DNA of 64,000 nucleotides from an uncultured Pseudomonadota bacterium (GCA_902785275.1 CACZYB010000005.1:2213-66212), one strand, 5' to 3'. Counted from the first letter of the stretch, positions 8,176-18,319 are shown. Program-made: numbers and translations. Notes: generated by a model not told the origin, from the letters alone.

Positions 8176-9117
8176 CTATTTGTTGTGCATAAGCATTGTA
8201 AGTACGTTTGCCAAAGTTTCTTTTAAATCTTTTCTGTGAACAACGATATCAACCATTCCTTGATCCTTTAAATATTCCGCAGTCTGGAATTCAGGAGGAA
8301 GTTTTTGTTTAATTGTTTGTTCAATAACACGTTTTCCAGCAAAACCAATAAGTGCTCCTTTTTCTGCAATATGAATATCTCCAAGCATTGCAAATGATGC
8401 GGAAACACCACCCATTGTTGGGTTTGCAAATATTACGATATAAGGAAGCCCTGCATCGCGAACTTTGTTTATTGCCATAGTTGTTCTTGCCATTTGCATA
8501 AGTGATAACATACTTTCTTGCATTCTTGCACCACCAGAAGCAGGAATTGCAACCAAAGCAGCATTCTTTTTTACAGCCAATTCAGAAGCTTTGATAATTG
8601 CTTCACCAACGTATGTTCCCATACTTCCACCCATAAATTCAAAATTAAAGGCAAAAATAACAGTATCTTGACCACCAACTTTACCATATGCAACAGCAAT
8701 AGCATCATCAGCCTTAGTTGCACTTCTATATTGAGAAAGTCTGTCTTTATACTTTTTTAAATCCTTAAAATTCAATGGATCTTCTTTTACTTTGTTAAGT
8801 TCAACTTTTGTATATTTGCCATCATCAAAAAGACTTTCAAATCTGTCATCAATTTGTAAAAAAAGATGATAGTCACATTTTGTGCAAACATTAAGATGAT
8901 TATGCAAATCTTTTCTATACATCAATGTCCCGCATTTAGGGCATGGAAGCCACATATTTTCAGGAACATCCTTTATTTTTGAAAACATTGTTTTTATTTT
9001 TGGTCGTAAGACACTATTAAGCCAATTCAATTTAAAGCTCCTTTTTCTTTTTAAATGATCTTGTTTTGTTATAAACTTTGTTTGCCAATACCCCAGCAAT
9101 AAATGAAATAAATGCAA
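8176..9117 (-). CDS. accD: Acetyl-CoA carboxylase carboxyltransferase subunit beta. The start is uncertain, probably internal near 9030-8988
   Basis: N-terminal zinc ribbon CPKCGTLMY...CTKCDYH plus a carboxyltransferase domain. The longest ORF overlaps the upstream small membrane gene. Confidence 0.85.
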   Translation of the reverse strand: MHLFHLLLGYWQTKFITKQDHLKRKRSFKLNWLNSVLRPKIKTMFSKIKDVPENMWLPCPKCGTLMYRKDLHNHLNVCTKCDYHLFLQIDDRFESLFDDGKYTKVELNKVKEDPLNFKDLKKYKDRLSQYRSATKADDAIAVAYGKVGGQDTVIFAFNFEFMGGSMGTYVGEAIIKASELAVKKNAALVAIPASGGARMQESMLSLMQMARTTMAINKVRDAGLPYIVIFANPTMGGVSASFAMLGDIHIAEKGALIGFAGKRVIEQTIKQKLPPEFQTAEYLKDQGMVDIVVHRKDLKETLANVLTMLMHNK

Positions 9118-9268
9118 GTATTATTGTATAAAGGTATACAGGCATTTCAATTCCCATTTTTATAGGAAAAACATTAAGTACTACAGGATTCTTATTTTCT
9201 GTTGAAAACAAGAATATTAAGAAAAATAGACCCCCGAGGAAAATCCAGTTTATTAAATATTTTATCAT
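9032..9268 (-). CDS. Small two-TM inner membrane protein (LapA/DUF1049-like)
   Basis: 78 aa with two hydrophobic helices and a basic C-terminus. It sits immediately upstream of accD. Confidence 0.35.
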   Translation of the reverse strand: MIKYLINWIFLGGLFFLIFLFSTENKNPVVLNVFPIKMGIEMPVYLYTIILAFISFIAGVLANKVYNKTRSFKKKKEL

Positions 9269-9278
9269 TTTTTTCTTT

Positions 9279-9563
9279 TTATATCTTGTTATTTATCTTT
9301 TCTGCAAGAAGTTTACCAGCTTTAAACTTTACAGAAACTCTTTCTGGAAGGTTGATTTTTGCGCCACCTTTAGGGTTGCTTGCCATTTTAGGAGCAAGTT
9401 TTTTAGGAGAGAATACCCCAAAACCCCTAAGTTCAATTCTGTGGCCATCAGCCAAAGATGATGAAATTTTATCAGTTAATATATCAACAATCTTTTCAAT
9501 ATCACGAATTAAAAGATTACCTTTTTTTTGATATATAAGTTTTATAATATCACTTCTAGTCAT
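9279..9563 (-). CDS. Nucleoid-associated protein of the HU/IHF family (IHF-like)
   Basis: 94 aa, RIELRGFGVF and the beta-arm motif SVKFKAGK. Confidence 0.85.
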   Translation of the reverse strand: MTRSDIIKLIYQKKGNLLIRDIEKIVDILTDKISSSLADGHRIELRGFGVFSPKKLAPKMASNPKGGAKINLPERVSVKFKAGKLLAEKINNKI

Positions 9564-9633
9564 TTTTTTTCCTAATCTAAGGTTTGTTCATGCAATATTA
9601 AAGCAATTATTTTTAGTTTTTTCAAGTACTTTA

Positions 9634-10722
9634 TTAACCCATCGCACTTTGAACCTGATTTTGCATATCAAATACGCCTAAAAGAACCCATGCAATAACA
9701 CCAGAAACAAGCAAAAGAGCAAAGGAATTCAAAATACCGGCTTCCTTTTTTATATTTGCAATACTTGATTCAAGATATTCTGTTGCAACACCGTTCAAAG
9801 CTTCTTCAAAATTATCAAGTTCTGAATAAATTTCCAAATCACCAATAAGTTCATCTTCTGGGAAATGCATATTACTCTTTTTCAATGCAGTTCCAAGGTT
9901 ATCACCGTTTTTAATAAACATTAATGCTTTATCAATTCTTTCTTTCAAGTAAGGGTTTGCATTCTGACGAAGAGATTGCATAGATCTTGCAATAGGTGTT
10001 CCAGATTCGACCAATGCAGCCAAACTCATAAGCCAAGACACGCCACTGAACATTCTGTAAAGAGACCAAGGTGGCATTTTATCAAATGTTACACGTAGTG
10101 GACCTGTGAAGTTTGAAAATGAAAAATAAATTGCACCTATAACTCCCGCCAAAGCAAGAGGAAATGTCCACCAATAAACTCTAACAAATCCTGATAATGC
10201 CACCAAACTTTTTGCACTTCCTGTCCATTGGGCATTTTTTGCAAATTCCAAAAGAGGAGGAACCATATATATACCAACACCAACAACGATAACCATACTA
10301 AGTATCATCATCATAACAGGGTAAGTAACCGCACTAACCAATGGTTGTATAATTCTGTTTGAACCTTCGGAAACCTTAATAACGTTAATCAACGCTTTTT
10401 CCAACTTTGACACATCACCAACAGAAAGCATCAATTTTTCACGCATAGGAGCCCAACCTTCAATAGCTGATGAGAAAGGAAGACCTTTTTCCAATTCTTT
10501 TGACCAAGCAGCAACAGCAATAGCCATAGGTTCATCAACATTCTGGCCATCTTTTGACTCAATCATCCATATACGATCAAGTGCATCCATCAATGTAAAT
10601 CTGTTTCTTAAAAGCGCAGCCAATTTATAATAAATTTGAAGACGTTTTTCATTGTTCATCAACACCATAATTTGTGAAGCTTTTAATAACAATTCATTCT
10701 TTGGAATCCTTTTTTCAGCCAT
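9634..10722 (-). CDS. Type II secretion / type IV pilus inner-membrane platform protein (GspF/PilC family; TcpE/PilR-like)
   Basis: 362 aa, polytopic, GspF-type fold. It is adjacent to the ATPase. Confidence 0.75.
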   Translation of the reverse strand: MAEKRIPKNELLLKASQIMVLMNNEKRLQIYYKLAALLRNRFTLMDALDRIWMIESKDGQNVDEPMAIAVAAWSKELEKGLPFSSAIEGWAPMREKLMLSVGDVSKLEKALINVIKVSEGSNRIIQPLVSAVTYPVMMMILSMVIVVGVGIYMVPPLLEFAKNAQWTGSAKSLVALSGFVRVYWWTFPLALAGVIGAIYFSFSNFTGPLRVTFDKMPPWSLYRMFSGVSWLMSLAALVESGTPIARSMQSLRQNANPYLKERIDKALMFIKNGDNLGTALKKSNMHFPEDELIGDLEIYSELDNFEEALNGVATEYLESSIANIKKEAGILNSFALLLVSGVIAWVLLGVFDMQNQVQSAMG

Positions 10723-10733
10723 AAATCAACCTC

Positions 10734-12347
10734 CTAGTAAACAGCATCGGTATCAAGCATACCGCACCATCTTTCTACTTCATCAACCGCAATTATACCT
10801 CTAAGCATTTTTCCAATAGCATCTTCCTTAAGAGTTCTTCCACTAAGTTCATTAGTCCAATAATGAACTGCCTCACCTTTACTTCCAGAAACAAGTTTTT
10901 CCAAAAACTTTGCATCAGGAATAATAATTTCTGCAGCAACAATACGACCAACAATACCTTTTTTATTACAAAATGGACAACCAGGTCCCTTTATATAGGA
11001 TTGCTCTATACCATATTTACCCAAAGCTCTTTCCAATCTTGCATATGCAGGATGTTCAGGATGATCCTTGATTGGTTGACGACATTTAGGGCAAAGCTTT
11101 TTGAAAAGTCGTTGAGATAACAATCCACGGATAAGTTCAGGATCCTTTAATTTAAATGCATCAATTCCCATATCCAAAAGTCTGTTAACAATAGCAGGTG
11201 CAGAGTTAGCGTGAAGTGTTGACCAAACATTGTGTCCAGAAAGAGCTGCCTTAAAGGTCAACTCTGCAGAAGAAAGGGTTCTGATTTCTCCGACCATAAT
11301 TGCATCAGGGTCAGAACGAAGAGATGCAGCCAAAGCAAGGTTAAACGCATTTTCCTTTTCTTCTTCTGTTGTCGCATTGGTAACAGGCATTTGTCTTGCA
11401 CCTGGAATAGGGTATTCAGGAGGATCTTCCACTGTTATAAGATTAAGTTCATAATTCTTTTCCTTAAGCATCTTAATCATAACACGCTGTAATGTTGTTG
11501 ATTTACCAGAACCGGTAGGACCAGCGATTATACAAAGTCCTGTTGGAAAAGAACGCATTCTTAAAAGCTTATCATCTTCGTAATCCGAAAATCCTAATTC
11601 TTTTAGGTTATCTGCAGAAGATGTTGAAGAATTTGCATACAAAAGTCGCATAACAAGGTATCTTGTACCGAATGCAATAGGGTTAAACTGAAGTCGAATA
11701 GAAAGCACGTTTTCAGGCAAATATAAATCCTTTTCACCACGAAGAGGTGTACTACCTAATTTCTGTCCGGCCTGGAATTCATTCTGTGCATAGTTTGAAT
11801 CTGAAATATCGGCAGATGCGAAAACAGAACGAACGAAAGCTTCTCCCCAATTTTTATCATATTCAAGAATTGTTTGCATACTACCTGCAATTCTGAACAT
11901 AACAGTAGTATGGTCCGCAACAACAACGTGAATATCGGAAACCCTTTGTTCAGAAGCGCGATAAATAATATCAACGAAATCCTTCTGCATTTGGTTGTTC
12001 GACATTGCGTCTTCTTTTGATACAGTTGAAGTATCTGTTTTTATCGCAGTCGAATAAATGGTATTTAACAAACTCATCGCAACATAAGTTGGTCTGTTAA
12101 TAACACCACCTTTCTTTCTAACCAAAGACTGGAAGCTTAAAACTCTACCATCAAATTTATGAGTGTTAGATACAAGAAATGTTCCATCAGAAAACAATGC
12201 AAGCAAACTTTGTGTATCTGTACCAACAGGAAATTTTCCGTTTGGACCAGATTCTAACTTATTATTATTCGCAAAAAGTTTTGCAGCAGCATCCTTAGGA
12301 TTCATACCTTCATAAGGATTTTCTTGCTCTAATACTTCATCACTCAT
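10734..12347 (-). CDS. Type II/IV secretion assembly ATPase (GspE/PilB family; TcpT/PilQ-like)
   Basis: Walker A GPTGSGKSTT, Asp/His boxes and a C-terminal tetracysteine CPKC...CPFC. Confidence 0.85.
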   Translation of the reverse strand: MSDEVLEQENPYEGMNPKDAAAKLFANNNKLESGPNGKFPVGTDTQSLLALFSDGTFLVSNTHKFDGRVLSFQSLVRKKGGVINRPTYVAMSLLNTIYSTAIKTDTSTVSKEDAMSNNQMQKDFVDIIYRASEQRVSDIHVVVADHTTVMFRIAGSMQTILEYDKNWGEAFVRSVFASADISDSNYAQNEFQAGQKLGSTPLRGEKDLYLPENVLSIRLQFNPIAFGTRYLVMRLLYANSSTSSADNLKELGFSDYEDDKLLRMRSFPTGLCIIAGPTGSGKSTTLQRVMIKMLKEKNYELNLITVEDPPEYPIPGARQMPVTNATTEEEKENAFNLALAASLRSDPDAIMVGEIRTLSSAELTFKAALSGHNVWSTLHANSAPAIVNRLLDMGIDAFKLKDPELIRGLLSQRLFKKLCPKCRQPIKDHPEHPAYARLERALGKYGIEQSYIKGPGCPFCNKKGIVGRIVAAEIIIPDAKFLEKLVSGSKGEAVHYWTNELSGRTLKEDAIGKMLRGIIAVDEVERWCGMLDTDAVY

Positions 12348-12357
12348 TTTTCATACC

Positions 12358-13278
12358 TTAGTTAAGATTCATAACTTTTATCTTACTACCATTCTTCAAA
12401 AGAACACTTGTTCCTCTGATATCTTCAACAACCCATTGATCAATAACAGAACCTTTCTTAACTTTGAAAGTAGTTTTCTTTTCTGTGTTTTCAACGTTTG
12501 CAACCAAGTTACCACCAGCACCAATAATAGATTTAACAGTATACTTTTCTTCAAAAGGAGTTTCTTCCTTTTCTTTTTGAGCAATACCAGCACCCAAACC
12601 ATTACTTTGGATAGATTTACCTGTTGATAAGCTCATAAGAGTAGTTAAAGCCTTAACATCTTCTGGATTTGTTAAATCAGCATTATTTATCTTTTCAAGG
12701 AGCTTTTTGTTTATTTCTTCTTCTTGATTCTTTTTCTTCTTTTCTTCAGCATCCTTTTCATCTTGTTGCTTTTGCTTCTTTATTTCTTCAGCCAACTTTC
12801 TTTCTTGTTCTTGTTGTTTAATCTTTCTCTGTCTTGCATCTTCTTCAGCACCAGCAGCAATTTTTTTCTTTTCAGCCTTTTGTTTTTCCAAATCAAGCTT
12901 AAGTTTTCCTTGCTCAATTTTAAGTTTCATAAGAGCATTTTCTCTTTCAATATTTGAAATCTGTTGGAAAGTATTTGCAGTAATATCATCTAACTTATAC
13001 ATTCCATCAGGATCATCCAAACCTTTTTCATTTTCATAAAGTTCATCTGAACCATATCCTTCTTCAAATTCTTCATCTGAAATTTCTGGCTCTTCTGAAG
13101 TTTCTTCACTAGCTTCATCATTTTCTTCTGCGCCTGCATCATCGCTATTATCTTCTTCTTCGATATATTCTTCTTCATCAGATTCGCTTTGAGCAAAAAC
13201 CTTTGTTGAATTATTAAAAGTAAATGCAAAAGAAAGCATAATAAGCAATAATAATAATTTATTTGAATTTTGTTTCAT
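12358..13278 (-). CDS. Periplasmic secretin-interacting protein (PilP/GspC-like C-terminal beta domain). Signal peptide, acidic low-complexity region and a coiled coil
   Basis: The signal peptide, D/E-rich stretch, KQK coiled coil and C-terminal IIGAGGNLVANVEN...GSVIDQWVVEDIRGTSVLL resemble a PilP/GspC HR domain. Confidence 0.4.
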   Translation of the reverse strand: MKQNSNKLLLLLIMLSFAFTFNNSTKVFAQSESDEEEYIEEEDNSDDAGAEENDEASEETSEEPEISDEEFEEGYGSDELYENEKGLDDPDGMYKLDDITANTFQQISNIERENALMKLKIEQGKLKLDLEKQKAEKKKIAAGAEEDARQRKIKQQEQERKLAEEIKKQKQQDEKDAEEKKKKNQEEEINKKLLEKINNADLTNPEDVKALTTLMSLSTGKSIQSNGLGAGIAQKEKEETPFEEKYTVKSIIGAGGNLVANVENTEKKTTFKVKKGSVIDQWVVEDIRGTSVLLKNGSKIKVMNLN

Positions 13279-13319
13279 TTTTCCCTCTCCTTACAAAATT
13301 TTACTTTGTTATACTAACA

Positions 13320-14804
13320 CTATTTTTTTTCATTCGTAGTTCCAACAGGTGCCGGAGCAACATTTGTACCATTTGCACCGCCAGTAGGTGTTTGTGCCGC
13401 AACTGGCGTATTTGTTACTGGAACGTTTATCCCAGTTCCAGCAGTATTTCCTGCATTCTGCTGTTCAGTAGTTGCAGGTTTATTTTTTTCTTCTTCAGCT
13501 TTTTTCTTTGCTTCTTCATCTTTTTTAATTTGTTCAGGTGTAAGTTCATAAACTTTACCAGCATATTCCCAATAATGCTTTTTTTCATTCCAAACGATAG
13601 AGTCTATTTCAACACCGTTCACATCTTTCAAAAGCTTTACCCAGCTTAAAGGAAGTCTGTAAGCAACATCTGTGAATTTAAAACTTGTGTATGGATAATT
13701 TCCTGAATATGAAGGATTTTTTGGATCCTTTACCACAGTAGTCTTATTTTCAAGCTTTAATCCAGAAATCTTCAAAGAATGAAATATACCGTTCAATTTC
13801 TTTTGAATTTCCATCTTTTGTAAATTTGGCTTTGAAGATATATGCTTCATAGAAGGTATAGGTAATATACCAAGTATAGTATTATAAGCACTATCACTTG
13901 CCGAAAGTTTCATATTTTTAGATAGAGCGCCAAATTTTTGTGCTTCAAAAATCCAACCGGCACTACCATAAGTTCTCTTCCAAACAGAAGATAATTGCTT
14001 TTCCTTACATGTCGAATCTTGCAAATTCCAACCAGGAACAGTTGCAGTAGAATTAACAATAAGAACAGTACACTTTTTGGCAAAATCCTCTGGATCAACC
14101 AACATCTCCCATGGAGCAGGAGGTGGAGGAGGTGGAGGTGGAGGAGGCATAGATTTTCTTATCTGTTCCAATCTCTTCTGTTCTAAAAGCTTTCTTCTAA
14201 GTTCAGCCTTTTCCTTTTGTTTTGATTGATATTGCCATGCAACAAAACCAACCAAAGCAAGTATTAAAATGTTTTTTGTAAGATTACTATCAAGCTTTCT
14301 CAAATCTATGGCTTGACCACGAGCAAGCAAGTCTTCTGCAGACATTTCTGTGGTTTCATCAATTCCCCAGCTTGCAGGAGCAATCTTATATCCCCAATCT
14401 GGGATAGAAAGCATAGATTCGAATGCTTCTTTTGCATCATTTTCATCAGTGTAAATAGTATCTTCTTCGGAAAGAATAAGGTTATTTCTGATAGTTATAA
14501 ACCACCAACCTTCTTTAACCTTAAATACACATATTGCAGATGATTTGTCTCTAAGTGCATTAGCTATACCAGAAGCACCTGATGGCATACCAGCCTTTTG
14601 ACCATAGGATGTGTAACCCAAACCGTATTGAGTAGCAGCACCCTTTTTCAAACAGTAAAGATTTGCATTAGTAACAACAGTCTGAATAGTTGCCTTAATT
14701 TCTTTAAGGTAATTTTTTTCATCCTGCACAGGCTGCCAGAACAAACCTACCGCATAGGTTTTACCAGCAACTTCAATGGTTTTTATTTCTTTACTTTTAG
14801 CCAA
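13320..14804 (-). CDS. Bitopic inner-membrane assembly protein (PilO of the R64 thin pilus / GspL-like architecture) with a Pro11 tract
   Basis: A cytoplasmic domain of about 170 aa, a single TM (ILILALVGFVAWQY), a coiled coil, PPPPPPPPPPP, and a periplasmic domain with a T/N/G-rich tail. Confidence 0.35.
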   Translation of the reverse strand: MAKSKEIKTIEVAGKTYAVGLFWQPVQDEKNYLKEIKATIQTVVTNANLYCLKKGAATQYGLGYTSYGQKAGMPSGASGIANALRDKSSAICVFKVKEGWWFITIRNNLILSEEDTIYTDENDAKEAFESMLSIPDWGYKIAPASWGIDETTEMSAEDLLARGQAIDLRKLDSNLTKNILILALVGFVAWQYQSKQKEKAELRRKLLEQKRLEQIRKSMPPPPPPPPPPAPWEMLVDPEDFAKKCTVLIVNSTATVPGWNLQDSTCKEKQLSSVWKRTYGSAGWIFEAQKFGALSKNMKLSASDSAYNTILGILPIPSMKHISSKPNLQKMEIQKKLNGIFHSLKISGLKLENKTTVVKDPKNPSYSGNYPYTSFKFTDVAYRLPLSWVKLLKDVNGVEIDSIVWNEKKHYWEYAGKVYELTPEQIKKDEEAKKKAEEEKNKPATTEQQNAGNTAGTGINVPVTNTPVAAQTPTGGANGTNVAPAPVGTTNEKK

Positions 14805-14827
14805 TTTTACCCCTCAATAAAATTTTT

Positions 14828-16387
14828 TTAGTAGCTTGGCATACCCCACTCGCTATTAGAATTTTCTTCTGTATCAAGTGGTGATGTTATCACTTGAGGT
14901 GTTAACATAACAACCAAGATTTCACGTTGTGTTTCTGTCTTTTGAGAACCACCAACATAAGTAAATGTATTTGAACCCAAACCATTACTTGAATTAGAGT
15001 TAGAAATCTTTTCAAATCCAGTAAGCACAGCTGTTTGACCAGATTCCATAACAATTTCTTGCATAAAGTTTCTTTGGGCAATCTTTGGAAGTTGAACCGC
15101 TGTACTTCCGATAACCTTGTTTTCAACTTCAATAAGTTCCTTCAAAGACATATTGAACATAAGCATCAACTTACCATTTTCAAGAATATTTGGCATAAGT
15201 TGCATACTAAATCCAACAGATTCTTCTTGTGGAGTAACTTCTGTTGTTGAATTTGTGTTTTCAGTCAAAGTAGAAATACTACTGATGTACTTGAATGTCT
15301 GGATGTTGTTAATTGGAACAACACGATTGTTTCTAGCAGTAACAACAGCAGATGTAACAAGTGAAGTTTTACCTTGACTTGACAAAGCTTTAATTGCAGC
15401 AGATGTTGGATTATCTTCTGTTCCAGCCCACTTTGACTTTGCTCCTTCAAGTATAGCAAATGACAAACCATCAGCAGCAGTATTAGATGTCGATGTTTTC
15501 AATACATAGCTTGAGTCGAACAAAGCACTTAAATTCAAACCAAAATTATTATCCTTTGAAACAGAAACTTGAAGAACTTTAACTGTAATAGCAACTTGCT
15601 TTACAAATCTTCTGTTTTGTTCTTTTATATATGATTCTACTTTCTGTAATGTCTTAGGAGAAGCAGTTACAGTAACCGAACTTGTAGAAGGGGACATCTT
15701 AACTTCACCTTCTTTTACTATTGTCTTAAGAACATCAGCCATTTCAGCCCATTCTTTTATAGCAGCAGTAGTAGATAAAGTAGCCGAACCTTCACTTCCA
15801 GATGAAATACTTGAAGTATATGATGCTTCAGTAGCCAATGTATAAACTACAAAAGTTCTTGTCTTGAATTTATAGAACACAATCTTTCCACCTTCGTATG
15901 CCCAACTTAAGTTAGCCTTTAATGCCAACATATTCAAAAGGCCAGAAAGTGAACCTGTATATGAAACACTCATATCTTTTAAGTCATCTTTTTTGATTGA
16001 GTCTTCTATTTGTACAGAAATACCAGTTAAATAGAATATCTGGTTTGTAATTTCATTGAAAGAAACTTCTGATTCGGTCATCAATGTGATACCTTCATCA
16101 GATTCGAATTGTTTTGGAAGAGGATCATTATGTTCTGCAACGAAACTTGAATCACCAAGCCAAATATCATCACTTACAGAAATAATATCCTTATTTATTG
16201 GTTTTCCAGGAACTTTTGCTCTGTCCAAAGCATCTTGAGTAGTATCAAAATCATTAGAAACGGAACTTGACACATCCTGAGCCATTTCTTTGTTATATAA
16301 ACATCCAGTTAAAGCACCGCTCAAAGCAAGAACTGTTAAAAGAACTTTTTTACTAATTTGCATCATTTTCCTCCAATGTTTTAACAA
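14828..16387 (-). CDS. Secretin (GspD/PilQ/TcpC-PilN family) outer-membrane channel
   Basis: 519 aa with a signal peptide. The C-terminal secretin domain ends in ...REILVVMLTPQVI. The S/T-rich N-domains are typical of type IVb secretins. Confidence 0.8.
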   Translation of the reverse strand: MLKHWRKMMQISKKVLLTVLALSGALTGCLYNKEMAQDVSSSVSNDFDTTQDALDRAKVPGKPINKDIISVSDDIWLGDSSFVAEHNDPLPKQFESDEGITLMTESEVSFNEITNQIFYLTGISVQIEDSIKKDDLKDMSVSYTGSLSGLLNMLALKANLSWAYEGGKIVFYKFKTRTFVVYTLATEASYTSSISSGSEGSATLSTTAAIKEWAEMADVLKTIVKEGEVKMSPSTSSVTVTASPKTLQKVESYIKEQNRRFVKQVAITVKVLQVSVSKDNNFGLNLSALFDSSYVLKTSTSNTAADGLSFAILEGAKSKWAGTEDNPTSAAIKALSSQGKTSLVTSAVVTARNNRVVPINNIQTFKYISSISTLTENTNSTTEVTPQEESVGFSMQLMPNILENGKLMLMFNMSLKELIEVENKVIGSTAVQLPKIAQRNFMQEIVMESGQTAVLTGFEKISNSNSSNGLGSNTFTYVGGSQKTETQREILVVMLTPQVITSPLDTEENSNSEWGMPSY

Positions 16388-17078
16388 CTAATACTCTGTT
16401 TCCTAAGAAGAACTTAGCCAAAGGCTGAGGAGTAGCTCTTGAGAAATTTCTTATAATAGCAACAGAAACATCTTTAAATCTTCCTCTGAATATAGCAGAA
16501 GCCTTCAAAGGATACTCTCGTTTTGTATTCCAAACAAGTTCCCAACCTTCAATATCAGCCCATTGTTGCAATACTTCACGAAGTGTCATACCTTCTTTAG
16601 CAACCCAATCACGAACAGCATCTTGAGCAACTTTGTTTTCTTCTGTTTCTTGAACAATTTCTTTTGTTTCAACATATTCAACCAATGTTGGATATCCAGG
16701 AGGCATAGAAGCAGACAAAACTCTTACACCATCATCAACAACCAATTCTTTGTTTGCAAGAGGCATATTTGAATCATCTGGTGGAATGATCCCTTCAACA
16801 ACAGGAGGATTTCCAGCAGGAGGAGTATAGTTTGGACCACCAGTCCAACCAGTTTCAGCTTCTACAGTAGAAGTTTTTACTTCTTCACTTTCTGGGTAAA
16901 CATTAGCCAATGTTTCAATGTTTGAACTTGCATCTGTATAAGGCATAGGCCAAACGCGTTCCTTTTCTTCGGCATAATCTTCCTCAGGTTCAACACCCCA
17001 ATCTGCAAAAGAAGATTCAGGCAAAACGAACATTGCTAGCATTAAAGCAACAAGGGATAATCTTGATATTTTTCTCAT
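16353..17078 (-). CDS. TcpQ/PilL-family periplasmic protein (secretin partner)
   Basis: Signal peptide. The C-terminal GMTLREVLQQWADIEGWELVWN...YPL...FRGRF...AIIRNFSRATPQPLAKFFLGNRVLVV matches the TcpQ_C/PilL consensus as I recall it. Confidence 0.4.
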   Translation of the reverse strand: MRKISRLSLVALMLAMFVLPESSFADWGVEPEEDYAEEKERVWPMPYTDASSNIETLANVYPESEEVKTSTVEAETGWTGGPNYTPPAGNPPVVEGIIPPDDSNMPLANKELVVDDGVRVLSASMPPGYPTLVEYVETKEIVQETEENKVAQDAVRDWVAKEGMTLREVLQQWADIEGWELVWNTKREYPLKASAIFRGRFKDVSVAIIRNFSRATPQPLAKFFLGNRVLVVKTLEENDAN

Positions 17079-17177
17079 AACTCTCCACCTTTTCTATAAA
17101 TTTTTTTTCTTTCCTAGCTATAAGACTATATTTAAAATTTTGTTTTTGCAACAAAAATAATAAAAAGTTAAATATTT

Positions 17178-18260
17178 TTAAAAATTTACTATAAAGCCCG
17201 TAGCTGCCAATACCCCAATCGAAGCAGGTTCATTTTCTGCATCATAGGCAATTCTTCCAGCAGATACTGAAAAATCAACACCATCGGTTAAGGAATATTT
17301 TGTTGAAAGTAGGGATAAAGACAATCTATCCTTTCCATCAATCGCCAACAATCCATCAACACAAGATTGATGATTTGAAAGACTTATTGCAAATGGGCCA
17401 ATTTCATATGCGATTCCATAATTAACGGCATATCCATCTTGTGAAACCAATCCAAGTACATCATTTTCTACTATATTCTTATAAGATGCAGTAAATTGAA
17501 GTCCACGAACATAATATTTTGCACCAATGGAATATTCTTCTCTTCTTTTAGCATTAGACAAAGGAAGATTTGTTTCATCAAACCTACCATACCCCAAAGT
17601 CATTGCAAAATTAACATTGTCTACATATGAATATTTAAGAGAAGCGGTATATCCTCTTTTATATTTCGAATATTCTATGGTATTATCCCCATTTGTATCA
17701 TTTGCCCCTGGAATATAACTTCCGGCAATCTGTAAACCATGAAATGCAGGGGATACATAGTTAATTTTATTAGATTCTTCATCTGTATTTATAGCAGTAG
17801 AGTTTATAAATACAAAATTATCAGGTGTAAGTATATAATCTAATCCTTCAGAGTCATCAATATCCAATATACCAACATCAGGAGTAGTAATATGCATCTT
17901 TCTTGAAATATTTTTTGCACGACCTATTTCAAATCTACCATAATTACCTTCGGAATAGACATATGTTTCTTTATAAACATTATCTTTCTTTCCATTTTTA
18001 TTATCAGGATGTGTTTTAAGTTCTATATATGCACCGACCTTATTATTTCTATTAATCTGGAATTCTGGATTGATATGAATTTCACCATATCCTGTAACAT
18101 CAAACTTATTTGCATTTCCTTTTGCAATACTGTTATATATAGTATAACCAGCCAATTCTCCATCAAGAGATATTGAAAGGTTATCCTTGTCATATATAGT
18201 AGCCGAGTAAGCAGAGGACGAAATTAAACACCCTAAAAATAACAAAAAACTTTTTTTCAT
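17178..18260 (-). CDS. Outer-membrane beta-barrel porin
   Basis: Signal peptide, alternating amphipathic beta strands and a C-terminal aromatic residue (..FIVNF). Confidence 0.5.
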   Translation of the reverse strand: MKKSFLLFLGCLISSSAYSATIYDKDNLSISLDGELAGYTIYNSIAKGNANKFDVTGYGEIHINPEFQINRNNKVGAYIELKTHPDNKNGKKDNVYKETYVYSEGNYGRFEIGRAKNISRKMHITTPDVGILDIDDSEGLDYILTPDNFVFINSTAINTDEESNKINYVSPAFHGLQIAGSYIPGANDTNGDNTIEYSKYKRGYTASLKYSYVDNVNFAMTLGYGRFDETNLPLSNAKRREEYSIGAKYYVRGLQFTASYKNIVENDVLGLVSQDGYAVNYGIAYEIGPFAISLSNHQSCVDGLLAIDGKDRLSLSLLSTKYSLTDGVDFSVSAGRIAYDAENEPASIGVLAATGFIVNF

Positions 18261-18319
18261 AGAAATTATTTCCTTTCCGTAATATAGTTATAGCATAAAT
18301 CATAAAAGGGAAAAGTCAA

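Noticed and set aside
9032-9117. Overlap between the accD longest ORF and the upstream LapA-like small gene
   Set aside because: It is most likely an over-extended accD start. The conserved AccD N-terminus (NWLNSVLRPKIK) begins near 9030, so the real overlap is minimal. It is not treated as a programmed overlap.
12990-13230. GAA/TCT-rich repetitive DNA that might look like a repeat array
   Set aside because: It encodes the Asp/Glu-rich low-complexity region of the PilP-like protein. There is no spacer-repeat periodicity, so it is not a CRISPR or satellite array.
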